Positions 16,761 through 25,501 of a stretch of 35,388 nt of DNA are shown here, piece by piece (the first letter of the stretch is position 1; the number at the start of each line of letters is the position of its first letter). Both the position numbers and the translations under genes were made by a program. Source of the stretch: Thermoplasmatota archaeon (GTDB taxonomy: Archaea; Thermoplasmatota; E2; JACPAO01; JAHFTW01); assembly GCA_041623215.1 (NCBI GenBank), contig JBFJXH010000005.1, positions 1 through 35,388 on the forward strand, written 5' to 3'. The notes under the pieces were generated by a model that saw only the letters and a program-made list of their open reading frames with translations, was not told the DNA's origin and ran no database searches.

Positions 16761-18332
16761 ATGCGTGTCACGGTCATTGTTGCCGCCTTTGCAGTCCTCT
16801 TCGTCGCTGCTTCCCCTAGCCATGTGGGTGCCGACGCAACGCCTAGTTCCGAATTCGGTGCCCCCGGCGCCGCCACGTTTAGCGTGCACGAAGGCCCTGA
16901 TGGGCTGACGGCTGCCGAGCCCACCATTGGCGTCAACTGGAACACGGATGCCGTGTTCTACCACAGCCAGGAGCTGGATTTGTCCTTCCCCAACATTATT
17001 GCCACCGAACTGAGTGTTCGCACCTTCCGCGTTGACTTTGCCGACGGGTCATCTCAATGGACGGACGTTTCGCCGCCCTACCAGGCCCCGATTACCCTTG
17101 ACCCCATGTTGCACGTTGATCCCGACACCGGCCGCATCTTTGCCGGCGGCCTCCATGGCACCTGCTCCATCATGATGTTCAGTGACGATGATGGAGGCGT
17201 GTGGGGCACGACGGGCAACATGTGCAGCGGCCCGGACTTTGACCACCAATCCATCGGCAGCGGCCCAACCGGCTTGCCCCTGCCCGGCGACGGCGGCCGC
17301 CACGTGGCATACTACTGTGGCCAAGGGGGCACCATCAGCTGCGCCATGAGTCCCGACGGCGGGATCACCTGGGGCCCTTTCATTACCGAAAACACACCTT
17401 GCCAGGGCTTCCACGGGCATATCCGTGTTAGCCGTGTCACGGCGACCATGGCGGTCCCCGTGGCGGACTGTGGCGGGGATTTGGGGATGCTGGTCACCCA
17501 GGACGGCTTGACCTACGAGGCTCGCACGATTCCGGACTCAGAGGCGTGGACCAATGGATTTGACCCCAGTCTGCAGTTTGGGCGCGGAGAAGGTTGGCTG
17601 TGGTATGGCATGGCCAGCGAACATGGCATCCACATCTCTGTTTCCAAGGACGACGGCCTCACGTGGGAGCCCATTGGCACATCCATGGGCGTGGCTGCGA
17701 CGCCACATCTTGAGATTGGGCAATTCCATGACCCGCCCATCTTGTCGGGCACCTTTGCCGATGTCCAAGTTGGCGACGACGACCGCGTCGCCTTCACCTT
17801 CATGGGTATCGAAGATTATCCTGGCGCTGACCGCGACTTCCTCCAATCGAACAATATCTTCCAATGCGAAGACCGCCAGGACGAAATCATTTGGCACTAC
17901 TATGCTGCCTTCACGTATGATGCAGGGGACACCTGGAGTGTCACGCGCATCAGCGAAGACCCGGTGCAGATTGGCGGCATGTACGATGTAATGGTGGAGG
18001 GGTCCGGTGCTTGCCGCAACCTGCTTGACTTCAACGACATGGACATTGATTCCAAGGGCCGGGTGTACGTGGGTTTCGCGGACGGCTGCATTGACGAATG
18101 TGCGGCAAGCAGTGAACCAGATACCGAAGGCTACCGCGCCAACGCGGCGCGCATGTACCGCCAAGAAACAGGCCGCGGTCTGTTTGCAGCCTACGACGTT
18201 GAAACCGCCGCGGGTCCAGCCGACGACCCCTCGGCCGGCGACGACTCGGAGGATACTCCTGGCTTCGGACTGTTGGCGGCGGTTGTTGCCTTGGCCGGTG
18301 CCGTCGCCGCCACCGCCCGGCGCAGGTCGTAG
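16761..18332 (+). CDS. Secreted Asp-box (BNR)/sialidase-like beta-propeller protein with PGF-CTERM anchor
   Basis: Signal peptide from ATG 16761; Asp-boxes SDDDGGVW, SPDGGITW, SKDDGLTW and TYDAGDTW; tail TPGFGLLAAVVALAGAVAATARRRS. Confidence 0.82.
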   Translation: MRVTVIVAAFAVLFVAASPSHVGADATPSSEFGAPGAATFSVHEGPDGLTAAEPTIGVNWNTDAVFYHSQELDLSFPNIIATELSVRTFRVDFADGSSQWTDVSPPYQAPITLDPMLHVDPDTGRIFAGGLHGTCSIMMFSDDDGGVWGTTGNMCSGPDFDHQSIGSGPTGLPLPGDGGRHVAYYCGQGGTISCAMSPDGGITWGPFITENTPCQGFHGHIRVSRVTATMAVPVADCGGDLGMLVTQDGLTYEARTIPDSEAWTNGFDPSLQFGRGEGWLWYGMASEHGIHISVSKDDGLTWEPIGTSMGVAATPHLEIGQFHDPPILSGTFADVQVGDDDRVAFTFMGIEDYPGADRDFLQSNNIFQCEDRQDEIIWHYYAAFTYDAGDTWSVTRISEDPVQIGGMYDVMVEGSGACRNLLDFNDMDIDSKGRVYVGFADGCIDECAASSEPDTEGYRANAARMYRQETGRGLFAAYDVETAAGPADDPSAGDDSEDTPGFGLLAAVVALAGAVAATARRRS

Positions 18333-18403
18333 TCGCGGCCGTCGCCGCCACCGTCCATGCCAAAGGATATGCGGGCGCGCCCGCCGGCCGGTTCTACCAC
18401 CGG

Positions 18404-18790
18404 CTAAACGGCGGCCAGCGCGCGCTGGAGTCGTTCCCGTGCCTCGCTCGCCACTCGGGCCACCGTGGGATCATCAATGAGCGAGAGGGCGGCCTGCGGG
18501 TCCATGATGTCAATGACCACCGCCCCGTCGTCCGCATCACGTACAATGACGTTGCACGGCAAGAGCACGCCGAGTTCCGGCACAGCTCCAACGGCATCCC
18601 ACGCAAGGGCCGGATTGCAGGCACCGAGAATGAGATAGCGCGGATGGTCGCGGTCAAGCTTCTCCTTGAACTTGGCCTGCAAGTCAATGGTAGTCAGGAT
18701 GCCGAAGCCCTCGGCGGCCAAGGCAGCGGTGACCCGCTCGACTAGGTCATCAAAATCTTCGTGCAGGGTTCGCTGCAAGGACAACTCCAT
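18404..18790 (-). CDS. DUF302 domain protein
   Basis: EGFGILTTID..KEKL..YLILGACNP..GVLLPCNVIV. Confidence 0.9.
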   Translation of the reverse strand: MELSLQRTLHEDFDDLVERVTAALAAEGFGILTTIDLQAKFKEKLDRDHPRYLILGACNPALAWDAVGAVPELGVLLPCNVIVRDADDGAVVIDIMDPQAALSLIDDPTVARVASEARERLQRALAAV

Positions 18791-18885
18791 GAAGTCCCCA
18801 AGAGACTGCCAACACAAATCCGTTCCTGCCGGGCCGTTCTTGGAGGCGCGGCAGCACTAAGAAGTGGCCGCCTGGGTGCCGCAGC

Positions 18886-20469
18886 ATGCGCCTAACTCCC
18901 GCCGCTGCCTTGGCCGTGGCCTTTACGCTCATCCTCGTGCCTGCCCTAGCGCTGGCCGAACCGCACGACGCCTCGTCGCAAACTGGCGTGGCATTCACCC
19001 AGTTTGCCGCGCCCGACCACCTCCCGCAAGTGGACAACGCCGGCGAGCCTACGTTGGGCATTCCGTGGAACACTGACTCTGTCTTCTTCATGGCCGGCGA
19101 GGCCACCTACCGCATTCGGTTTGACGAAACCGGCAACCCGACTTGGGAAGACGTTACCCCACCCAACTCCATTCTCAACGTTGACCCCATGCTGCACGCC
19201 GACCCGGACCTCGGGCGCGTTTGGGCTGGTGGCCTGGATGGCCCTTGCAGCATCATGGCCTTCAGTGATGACGATGGAGAAACGTGGATTCCCACCGGCA
19301 ACATGTGCAGCGGCGCCCAATTCGACCACCAATCGATTGGCAGCGGCCCCCACAGCACGCTGCCGGCGGGCTCGCCCACGTTCGCCCACGCCACCTACTA
19401 CTGCGCGCAGCTTGGCACCATCGCGTGCGCCACCAGCCTCGATGGCGGTGCGTCGTGGGGGCCCTTCGTGCAGGTGGCCGGTCCGTGTGGTGGCCTACAC
19501 GGTCACATTCGCGTGAGCCGCACCACCGGCATGGCGGCGGTCCCTGACGACTCCTGCGGCGGCCCGGCGGGCTTTGCCTTCACCGACACCAACGGCCTCA
19601 CGTGGGGCAGCAAGGTGGTGGATGGCAGCGATGGCGTTGGCAGCCAGGGTTTCGACCCCAGTGTGCAGTTCACGCGTGGCAGCGGCTGGCTCTACTACGG
19701 GCTTGCCAACGAAGACGGTGCCCACATCGCGCTGTCCAAAGACGACGGGGAAACCTGGGAATCCATTGGCGGTGGCATGGGCGAAAGCGCCACCTGGCTC
19801 GACGTGGGTGCCTTCCATGACCCGCCCATTGTGGCTGCTGCATTCAGCGACGTGCAAGCAGGCGACGATGACCGTGTTGCCTTCGCCTTCCTGGGCCTAG
19901 CGGACACGAACGGCGACGGCACCGCCGATGAATGGCCTGAAGTGGACAACATCTGCGGCGGCCTTGTCCCCGTGGGCAACTGCCGCACGGCCGAGGGCAT
20001 TCACCAGTGCGACGAATTCCAGGACACCATGGTCTGGCATTACTACGTGGCTTTGTCCTATGATGCAGGTGCAACCTGGACCGTCGAACGCGCGTCGCCC
20101 GACCCGGTTCAAGTTGGCGGCATCTGGCCCTTTGGCGGCGGCGTCCCGTGCCGCAACCTATTGGACTTCAACGACATGGACATGGACTCCAAGGGTCGCT
20201 TGACCATCGGGTTTGCCGACGGCTGCATCAACGATTGCGCCCTGACTCCAAGCCTCGACAGCGATGGCAGCCGAGCCGAGTGGGCAACTGTCCTCCAGCA
20301 AACCGGTGGCAAGGGATTGTTTGCGGCCTTCGATGACGAGCATGTCGGTGCAACTGGTGCCGACGACGGCGTGCAAGACGACGAAAACGAGGACTCCCCT
20401 GCCGCGCCCATTGTCGGGCTTGTGGCCGGCCTTGCAGCCCTCGCCTTGCTCGGTCGCCGCCGGGCCTAA
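18886..20469 (+). CDS. Secreted Asp-box/sialidase-like beta-propeller protein, paralog of 16761-18332
   Basis: Shared blocks EPT.G, DPMLH.DP, GNMCSG..FDHQSIGSGP, HGHIRVSR and CRNLLDFNDMD; C-terminal SP-hydrophobic-RRR anchor. Confidence 0.82.
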   Translation: MRLTPAAALAVAFTLILVPALALAEPHDASSQTGVAFTQFAAPDHLPQVDNAGEPTLGIPWNTDSVFFMAGEATYRIRFDETGNPTWEDVTPPNSILNVDPMLHADPDLGRVWAGGLDGPCSIMAFSDDDGETWIPTGNMCSGAQFDHQSIGSGPHSTLPAGSPTFAHATYYCAQLGTIACATSLDGGASWGPFVQVAGPCGGLHGHIRVSRTTGMAAVPDDSCGGPAGFAFTDTNGLTWGSKVVDGSDGVGSQGFDPSVQFTRGSGWLYYGLANEDGAHIALSKDDGETWESIGGGMGESATWLDVGAFHDPPIVAAAFSDVQAGDDDRVAFAFLGLADTNGDGTADEWPEVDNICGGLVPVGNCRTAEGIHQCDEFQDTMVWHYYVALSYDAGATWTVERASPDPVQVGGIWPFGGGVPCRNLLDFNDMDMDSKGRLTIGFADGCINDCALTPSLDSDGSRAEWATVLQQTGGKGLFAAFDDEHVGATGADDGVQDDENEDSPAAPIVGLVAGLAALALLGRRRA

Positions 20470-20575
20470 GCCATGTTGGCGCCTCGCAGATAGCCCCCTG
20501 CTGGGGCAGCCTAGCGCAGCCCACGAAGCCAGCCAGGCGGCCCCTTGAAATATGGCCCCCAAGTCGCCGCGCATC

Positions 20576-21028
20576 ATGTCCGTAGAACAGACCTTCGTCA
20601 TGATCAAGCCCGACGCCGTCCGCCGCGGCCTCGTTGGCCAAATTATCGCTCGCTTTGAAGCCAAGGGCCTGAAAATCAAGGCCATGCGCCTGGAAGCACC
20701 CGACGCTGACGTTGTGGCCAAGCACTACGAGGTGCACAAGGAACGCCCGTTCTACGGCGCTTTGGTCGACTACATCATGGCCGGCCCCGTCGTGCCCATG
20801 CTGGTCGAAGGCGAATCGGCCATCAGCGTGTCCCGCGCCCTCATGGGTGCCACCAACCCTGTCGAAGGCAAGCCGGGCGAAATCCGCTTCGACTTCGCGC
20901 AAACCATCGGCCGCAACATCATCCACGGCTCGGACGGCGAAGACACTGCCGCCTTCGAAATTGGCCTCTGGTTCCCCAACGGTGGCGCCGACTACGAGAC
21001 CACCAGCGACGCCTGGCTGTTCGAGTAA
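20576..21028 (+). CDS. ndk: Nucleoside diphosphate kinase
   Basis: TFVMIKPDAVRRGLVG, GATNP, NIIHGSD; ATG 20576 lies 23 nt after TTGAAATA. Confidence 0.97.
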   Translation: MSVEQTFVMIKPDAVRRGLVGQIIARFEAKGLKIKAMRLEAPDADVVAKHYEVHKERPFYGALVDYIMAGPVVPMLVEGESAISVSRALMGATNPVEGKPGEIRFDFAQTIGRNIIHGSDGEDTAAFEIGLWFPNGGADYETTSDAWLFE

Positions 21029-21188
21029 GCGCACGATTTCGGCGGTGCAAGACTCCGGCGCCCCCTCCCCCCAGCCCCGCGGCCGCCGCCGGGTCGCCCG
21101 ATGGACGGGCAGTGCCTTGTGGCGCGTGCTGCTGTGGTGGTGCCGGCTGCCCCGCAACGGCTAAGCGGTGCCCCGGTGCTGGAGCCGC

Positions 21189-22295
21189 ATGACGGGTGGA
21201 GGCGGGTCAACCCCGCACGTAGTCGTGGGAATCGCCGTTGTGGCCCTGATGGCGAGCGCCACCCTTGCACAAGCTAGCGGCGATGCGGCAGCGGTTGGCA
21301 GCCATGTCACCGGGCATTTCCGGCTGGCGGGTGATGGAGATTCCGCCGTCGCTTTCGCGGTCGAGGACGCGGCGGGTAACTTGGTCATGGCCCTGAAGGT
21401 TCACGGGGGCAGCATCTACGCAACAGATGGCCACGGCAACGGCGACTTGGGCGCAGCGTGGACGGTCGTGTTGCCGATTGACACGCGGGATTGGTTCCGG
21501 GTGGATGTCCTTCTGGAAGGGAGTCGTTACCAGGTCCTCATCAATCAGGATCTTTCCATGACGGCTGAGACCCTGGTCCCCGCAACCGCCGGGCGAACGC
21601 CAGTCGACCTACCGGTCCTTGCAACCAGCCAGGAGGTTCAGCGGACTCGGCAACGGGTCGATAACGGGAATCTGGCCCACGACAGCACCTTCAGGCAACC
21701 CCTTGGCACCTACGGCTGGTATCCAATCGTGTCCGAAGCCGCCCACGAAGCGGGTGAGGTCATCGAGGACCCGGACCAGAGGGGCCACGGCGACTTGGGA
21801 CGTCTTGAGATTCGGGCAGCGCGCGGCTTCGGCGTCAGCTACATCCAGGCACCGCTTGAAGGGCTGGACGGCAGGTACACCGCCCATATCAGTGCGAAAC
21901 CCGAAGACCACCTCGTGCCCCCCACCGACCAGGCTGTCTTAGCCGGCCTGCGGGGCCCCGAGTTGGCGCCCGAAGTGACATGGTCCGTCGTGTTCGGCCG
22001 TCCCGTAACTGACCCAGATGTGTATGCCTTGTTCTACCGTTCGCCAACTGGCTGGCTCACGCAGGTTTCGCCGCCTTACTTCACGTTCGGCTGGGTGCCG
22101 GTGAGTGCTACCATTGATGAAGGAGAAGGCACGGTCCATCTCCGGGTGGATGGCACGGACTACACCTTTGCTGAGCCGAATCTGGCTGCTGCCGACCATA
22201 TCGGAATTGGCGATGTCTTTGCCAACCCATTAGATCGTCCCATCATCGGAAATGGTGGCCTTTACGATGGTGCCGCCGTGTACCAAACCCTCTAG
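21189..22295 (+). CDS. Secreted hypothetical protein, possibly two ConA/LamG-like beta-sandwich halves
   Basis: Signal peptide; twice-seen pattern DWFRVDVLL..YQVLIN and GWVPVSATID..VHLRVDG; start uncertain. Confidence 0.6.
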   Translation: MTGGGGSTPHVVVGIAVVALMASATLAQASGDAAAVGSHVTGHFRLAGDGDSAVAFAVEDAAGNLVMALKVHGGSIYATDGHGNGDLGAAWTVVLPIDTRDWFRVDVLLEGSRYQVLINQDLSMTAETLVPATAGRTPVDLPVLATSQEVQRTRQRVDNGNLAHDSTFRQPLGTYGWYPIVSEAAHEAGEVIEDPDQRGHGDLGRLEIRAARGFGVSYIQAPLEGLDGRYTAHISAKPEDHLVPPTDQAVLAGLRGPELAPEVTWSVVFGRPVTDPDVYALFYRSPTGWLTQVSPPYFTFGWVPVSATIDEGEGTVHLRVDGTDYTFAEPNLAAADHIGIGDVFANPLDRPIIGNGGLYDGAAVYQTL

Positions 22296-22543
22296 CGAAT
22301 CCCCGTCCCAGGCGTGCCATAAGGTCCAGGGCTCCCGGTCATTGAGGCATGGGGTTTGCGCCAGGTCGCGTCAGCGCGATGGCGCGGGGCCGTTACGCGG
22401 CACATCTTGGGCGGTGCAGATGAGTTCTCTCACGGTGCTGGTCGCCCTGCGCCTTACCCTGCCAGCCTTGGCACACAGCAGCTTCCCGGCCGGGCATCGC
22501 GCCCGAAACCAGCATATAAGGCACCCAAGTCGGCGGAACTATC

Positions 22544-24616
22544 ATGACGGATGACCGCACGGACGAGGAGCGCCTCGCCGATGACATGGCTGCCGAGTTG
22601 GAGGCAGAGTTCGCTGACTACTTTGAGGAAGAGTCCGGCGGCGAACCGAGCGCGGACGCCGAAGACCCGGAGCCCGAGCAGGCGGTCGGCGATCTAGAGG
22701 CCGAGAAGGACGAGGCCCAGGCCGACGAGGCAGATGAGCCTGCCATCGAAGTTTCTGCGGAAGCGCGCCAGGCAGCCGAAGCAGCGCGAGAAGCGGCCAA
22801 GAGTGGCGGCGGGGACGCCGATGCGGCCATTGGCGCGTTGGAGGCAAAGTCGGAGACGGCATACCAACGACATCCAATCGTGAGTGTCATGGGGCACGTC
22901 GACCACGGCAAGACCAGTATCCTTGATCGCATTCGCGGCTCCAAGGTCTTTGACCGGGAGGCGGGGGCGATTACGCAGCACATCGGGGCCAGCGAAGTGC
23001 CCTTGGAAACCATCTTCGAGCGCGCCGGCCCGCTTCTTGCCGGCAAGAATTTCGGCGTCCCCGGACTCCTTTGCATCGATACCCCTGGCCACCATGCTTT
23101 CACGAGCCTTCGCAGCCGTGGCGGCCAGCTAGCCGACATCGCGGTCTTGGTGGTTGACTTGAATGAGGGCTTCAAACCCCAGACCATTGAGTCCATCAAT
23201 ATTCTAAAGCGCGCCAAGACCCCGTTCGTGGTCGCTGTCAACAAGATTGACCGCATTCAAGGCTGGAAGTCGGCCGAGGACAGCCCCTTCATTCTCAATG
23301 TGCGCAAGCAGGATGCCGGCACTGTGGCTCGGTTTGACGAACGGTGGTACGAACTCATTGCGGCGTTCTACGACCAAGGGCTACCGGCGGAACGCTACGA
23401 CCGCGTCTCTGACTTCACCAAGGAAATTGCCCTGGTGCCAACCAGTGCGGTTACGGGTGAAGGCATCCCTGACCTGCTGGCGATGCTGGTTGGTCTGGCG
23501 CAAAAATTCCTCGAGGCCCGCCTGGAGTCCGATTCTGACATGCCGGGCGAAGGAACGGTCTTGGAGGTCAAGGAGGACAAGGGACTCGGCCAGACACTCG
23601 ATGTGGTTCTGTATGCAGGCAGCATCGAGAAAGGTGACCGCATCCTGCTTGGAACTCAGAACGAGCCGGTGGAGACCACCATCCGGGCGCTGCTGAAGCC
23701 GAGTCCGAACGATGACATGCGCGACGCACGCAAGGCATTCGAGGACGCCGACGAAGTAATTGCTGCCGCCGGCATCAAGCTGGTCTGCCCTGGCGTTGAA
23801 GACGTGGTGTCCGGGGCGCCCCTGCGCGTGCTGCGAGCGGACAACGAAGAGGAGGCCTGGGAGGCGGTGGAGGCCGCGAGCCGCATCAATGTCCCGCTGA
23901 ACGAAAAAGGTGTCATGATCAAGGCGGACACCATTGGCAGCCTAGAAGCCCTAGCGGGTGAATTGCGCGCCCAGGGTATTCCGATTCGACGTGCCGCGGT
24001 CGGCGACATCAGTCGCCGCGATGTCATGGAAGCAGCCACAATGACGGACCCGTTGTACCGGGTGTGCTTGGGCTTCTGCGTGAAGATGCTTCCGGATGTT
24101 GAAAAGACTGCACACGACAACGAATTGCCGGTTTTCAATCATCGCGTCATTTATTCCTTAATGGAAGATTATGGTGAATGGCTGGCGGAAAAGAAGAAGG
24201 AACTCGATGCGGAGCAACGGCAGGAACGCATGCACCCGGCGAAAATGCAATTCCTGCCCGGCTGCTCGTTCCGGCAACGCGACCCGGCGGTATTCGGGGT
24301 TCGCGTCTTGGCGGGCAGTCTCGCACCGGGACGTGCGATTGTTCGAGGAGACGGGCAAGTGGTGGGCCGCATTCGGAGCATCCAGAAGGAGACGCAAACC
24401 ATCACCAAGGCCATCATGGGCGACGAGGTGGCGCTGTCCGTGCCTGGACCCACCCTCGGTCGTCAAATCAAGGAGGAGGACATTCTCTATCTGGACATGC
24501 CCGGCGGCGACGCCAAATACCTGTTGCACAAGGGCAACCTGTCGACTGATGAACGCGAATGTTTAGAGGAGTTCGCGCGCATTAAGCGCAAGGTTGAGCG
24601 TTTCTGGGGCATGTGA
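22544..24616 (+). CDS. infB: Translation initiation factor aIF5B (IF2)
   Basis: RHPIVSVMGHVDHGKT, EAGAITQHIGA, DTPGH, NKID, KADTIGSLEAL, C-terminal FWG; CATATAAG 23 nt upstream. Confidence 0.97.
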   Translation: MTDDRTDEERLADDMAAELEAEFADYFEEESGGEPSADAEDPEPEQAVGDLEAEKDEAQADEADEPAIEVSAEARQAAEAAREAAKSGGGDADAAIGALEAKSETAYQRHPIVSVMGHVDHGKTSILDRIRGSKVFDREAGAITQHIGASEVPLETIFERAGPLLAGKNFGVPGLLCIDTPGHHAFTSLRSRGGQLADIAVLVVDLNEGFKPQTIESINILKRAKTPFVVAVNKIDRIQGWKSAEDSPFILNVRKQDAGTVARFDERWYELIAAFYDQGLPAERYDRVSDFTKEIALVPTSAVTGEGIPDLLAMLVGLAQKFLEARLESDSDMPGEGTVLEVKEDKGLGQTLDVVLYAGSIEKGDRILLGTQNEPVETTIRALLKPSPNDDMRDARKAFEDADEVIAAAGIKLVCPGVEDVVSGAPLRVLRADNEEEAWEAVEAASRINVPLNEKGVMIKADTIGSLEALAGELRAQGIPIRRAAVGDISRRDVMEAATMTDPLYRVCLGFCVKMLPDVEKTAHDNELPVFNHRVIYSLMEDYGEWLAEKKKELDAEQRQERMHPAKMQFLPGCSFRQRDPAVFGVRVLAGSLAPGRAIVRGDGQVVGRIRSIQKETQTITKAIMGDEVALSVPGPTLGRQIKEEDILYLDMPGGDAKYLLHKGNLSTDERECLEEFARIKRKVERFWGM

Positions 24617-25491
24617 GTTCCGCCACGAGAAGCAAGGTGGAGCATTATAGCGGCCCGGGGGTTGCGGCACTTGTGCCTCCGTCGCGAGATGCCTTGGCCC
24701 CGCGGATTGCAGCCCGCATCTTGGAGCAGAGCGACGCGTTGCGCACCCATTGGACCGCGTCCACACCCGTAGCGCACGCGGTGCTGGATGGTGTGCTGGG
24801 TGCCGATGCCGTGGCCCAGATTAGGCGCGCATTCCCGTCCCCCGAATCGCTTCATCTTCGTAGCACGTTGCGCGAGCGCAAACGCGTCGGCATTGACCTA
24901 GAGGCCTACGACGACATCATTAGCGACATTTTGTTTGCGTTTCAGGACCCGCTCGTCGTGAAGGCCGTGGAAGACGTGACTGGCCTGACCGACTTGGTGG
25001 CCGACCCTTCCCTCTACGCTAGTGGCATCTCCGTGATGGGTGGCGGCGATTTCCTTTCTCCCCACCTGGATAATAGCCACGATGGTGACGGCCGCCATTA
25101 CCGCGCCGTCAACCTCCTCTATTACGTCAATGAGCCAATGCCTGCCGACGCCGGTGGCCAGCTGGAATTGTGGGATGCCAAGGTGCGCCAGGCGACCTGC
25201 GTCGAGCCGCTGCCGGACCGGCTGGTGCTGATGCTCACAACCAACACGAGCTGGCATAGCGTCGCTCCCCTGAACCTGCCGGGCGGCGAGCAGGCCCGCT
25301 TGTGCGTGTCCAACTACTTGTTCAGTCCCGAGCCGCCTGGTGGAACGCCTTACCGTCATGTCACGACGTTTCGTGGTCGGCCCGGCCAGCCAGTCAAGCG
25401 AGTCGTCTTGCGGCTCGATGGACTGGTTCGCAACATGGCGGGGCGCGTGGCTCCGTGGCTCCAACGCCGCTCTTTCCACCGCCGTTCGTGA
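24613..25491 (+). CDS. 2OG-Fe(II) oxygenase (prolyl-hydroxylase-like)
   Basis: HLD..H triad (SPHLDNSH, SWHSV), GGQLELWD, distal Arg in RLCVS; GTGA overlap with infB. Confidence 0.85.
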   Translation: MSSATRSKVEHYSGPGVAALVPPSRDALAPRIAARILEQSDALRTHWTASTPVAHAVLDGVLGADAVAQIRRAFPSPESLHLRSTLRERKRVGIDLEAYDDIISDILFAFQDPLVVKAVEDVTGLTDLVADPSLYASGISVMGGGDFLSPHLDNSHDGDGRHYRAVNLLYYVNEPMPADAGGQLELWDAKVRQATCVEPLPDRLVLMLTTNTSWHSVAPLNLPGGEQARLCVSNYLFSPEPPGGTPYRHVTTFRGRPGQPVKRVVLRLDGLVRNMAGRVAPWLQRRSFHRRS

Positions 25492-25501
25492 CTGGCTCGC
25501 C

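Noticed and set aside
22296..22543. ~250-bp gap before infB with a GCGCCA-TCGCG hairpin as a possible ncRNA
   Set aside because: Only a short GC-rich stem, upstream of the infB TATA box, with no recognisable RNA family features.
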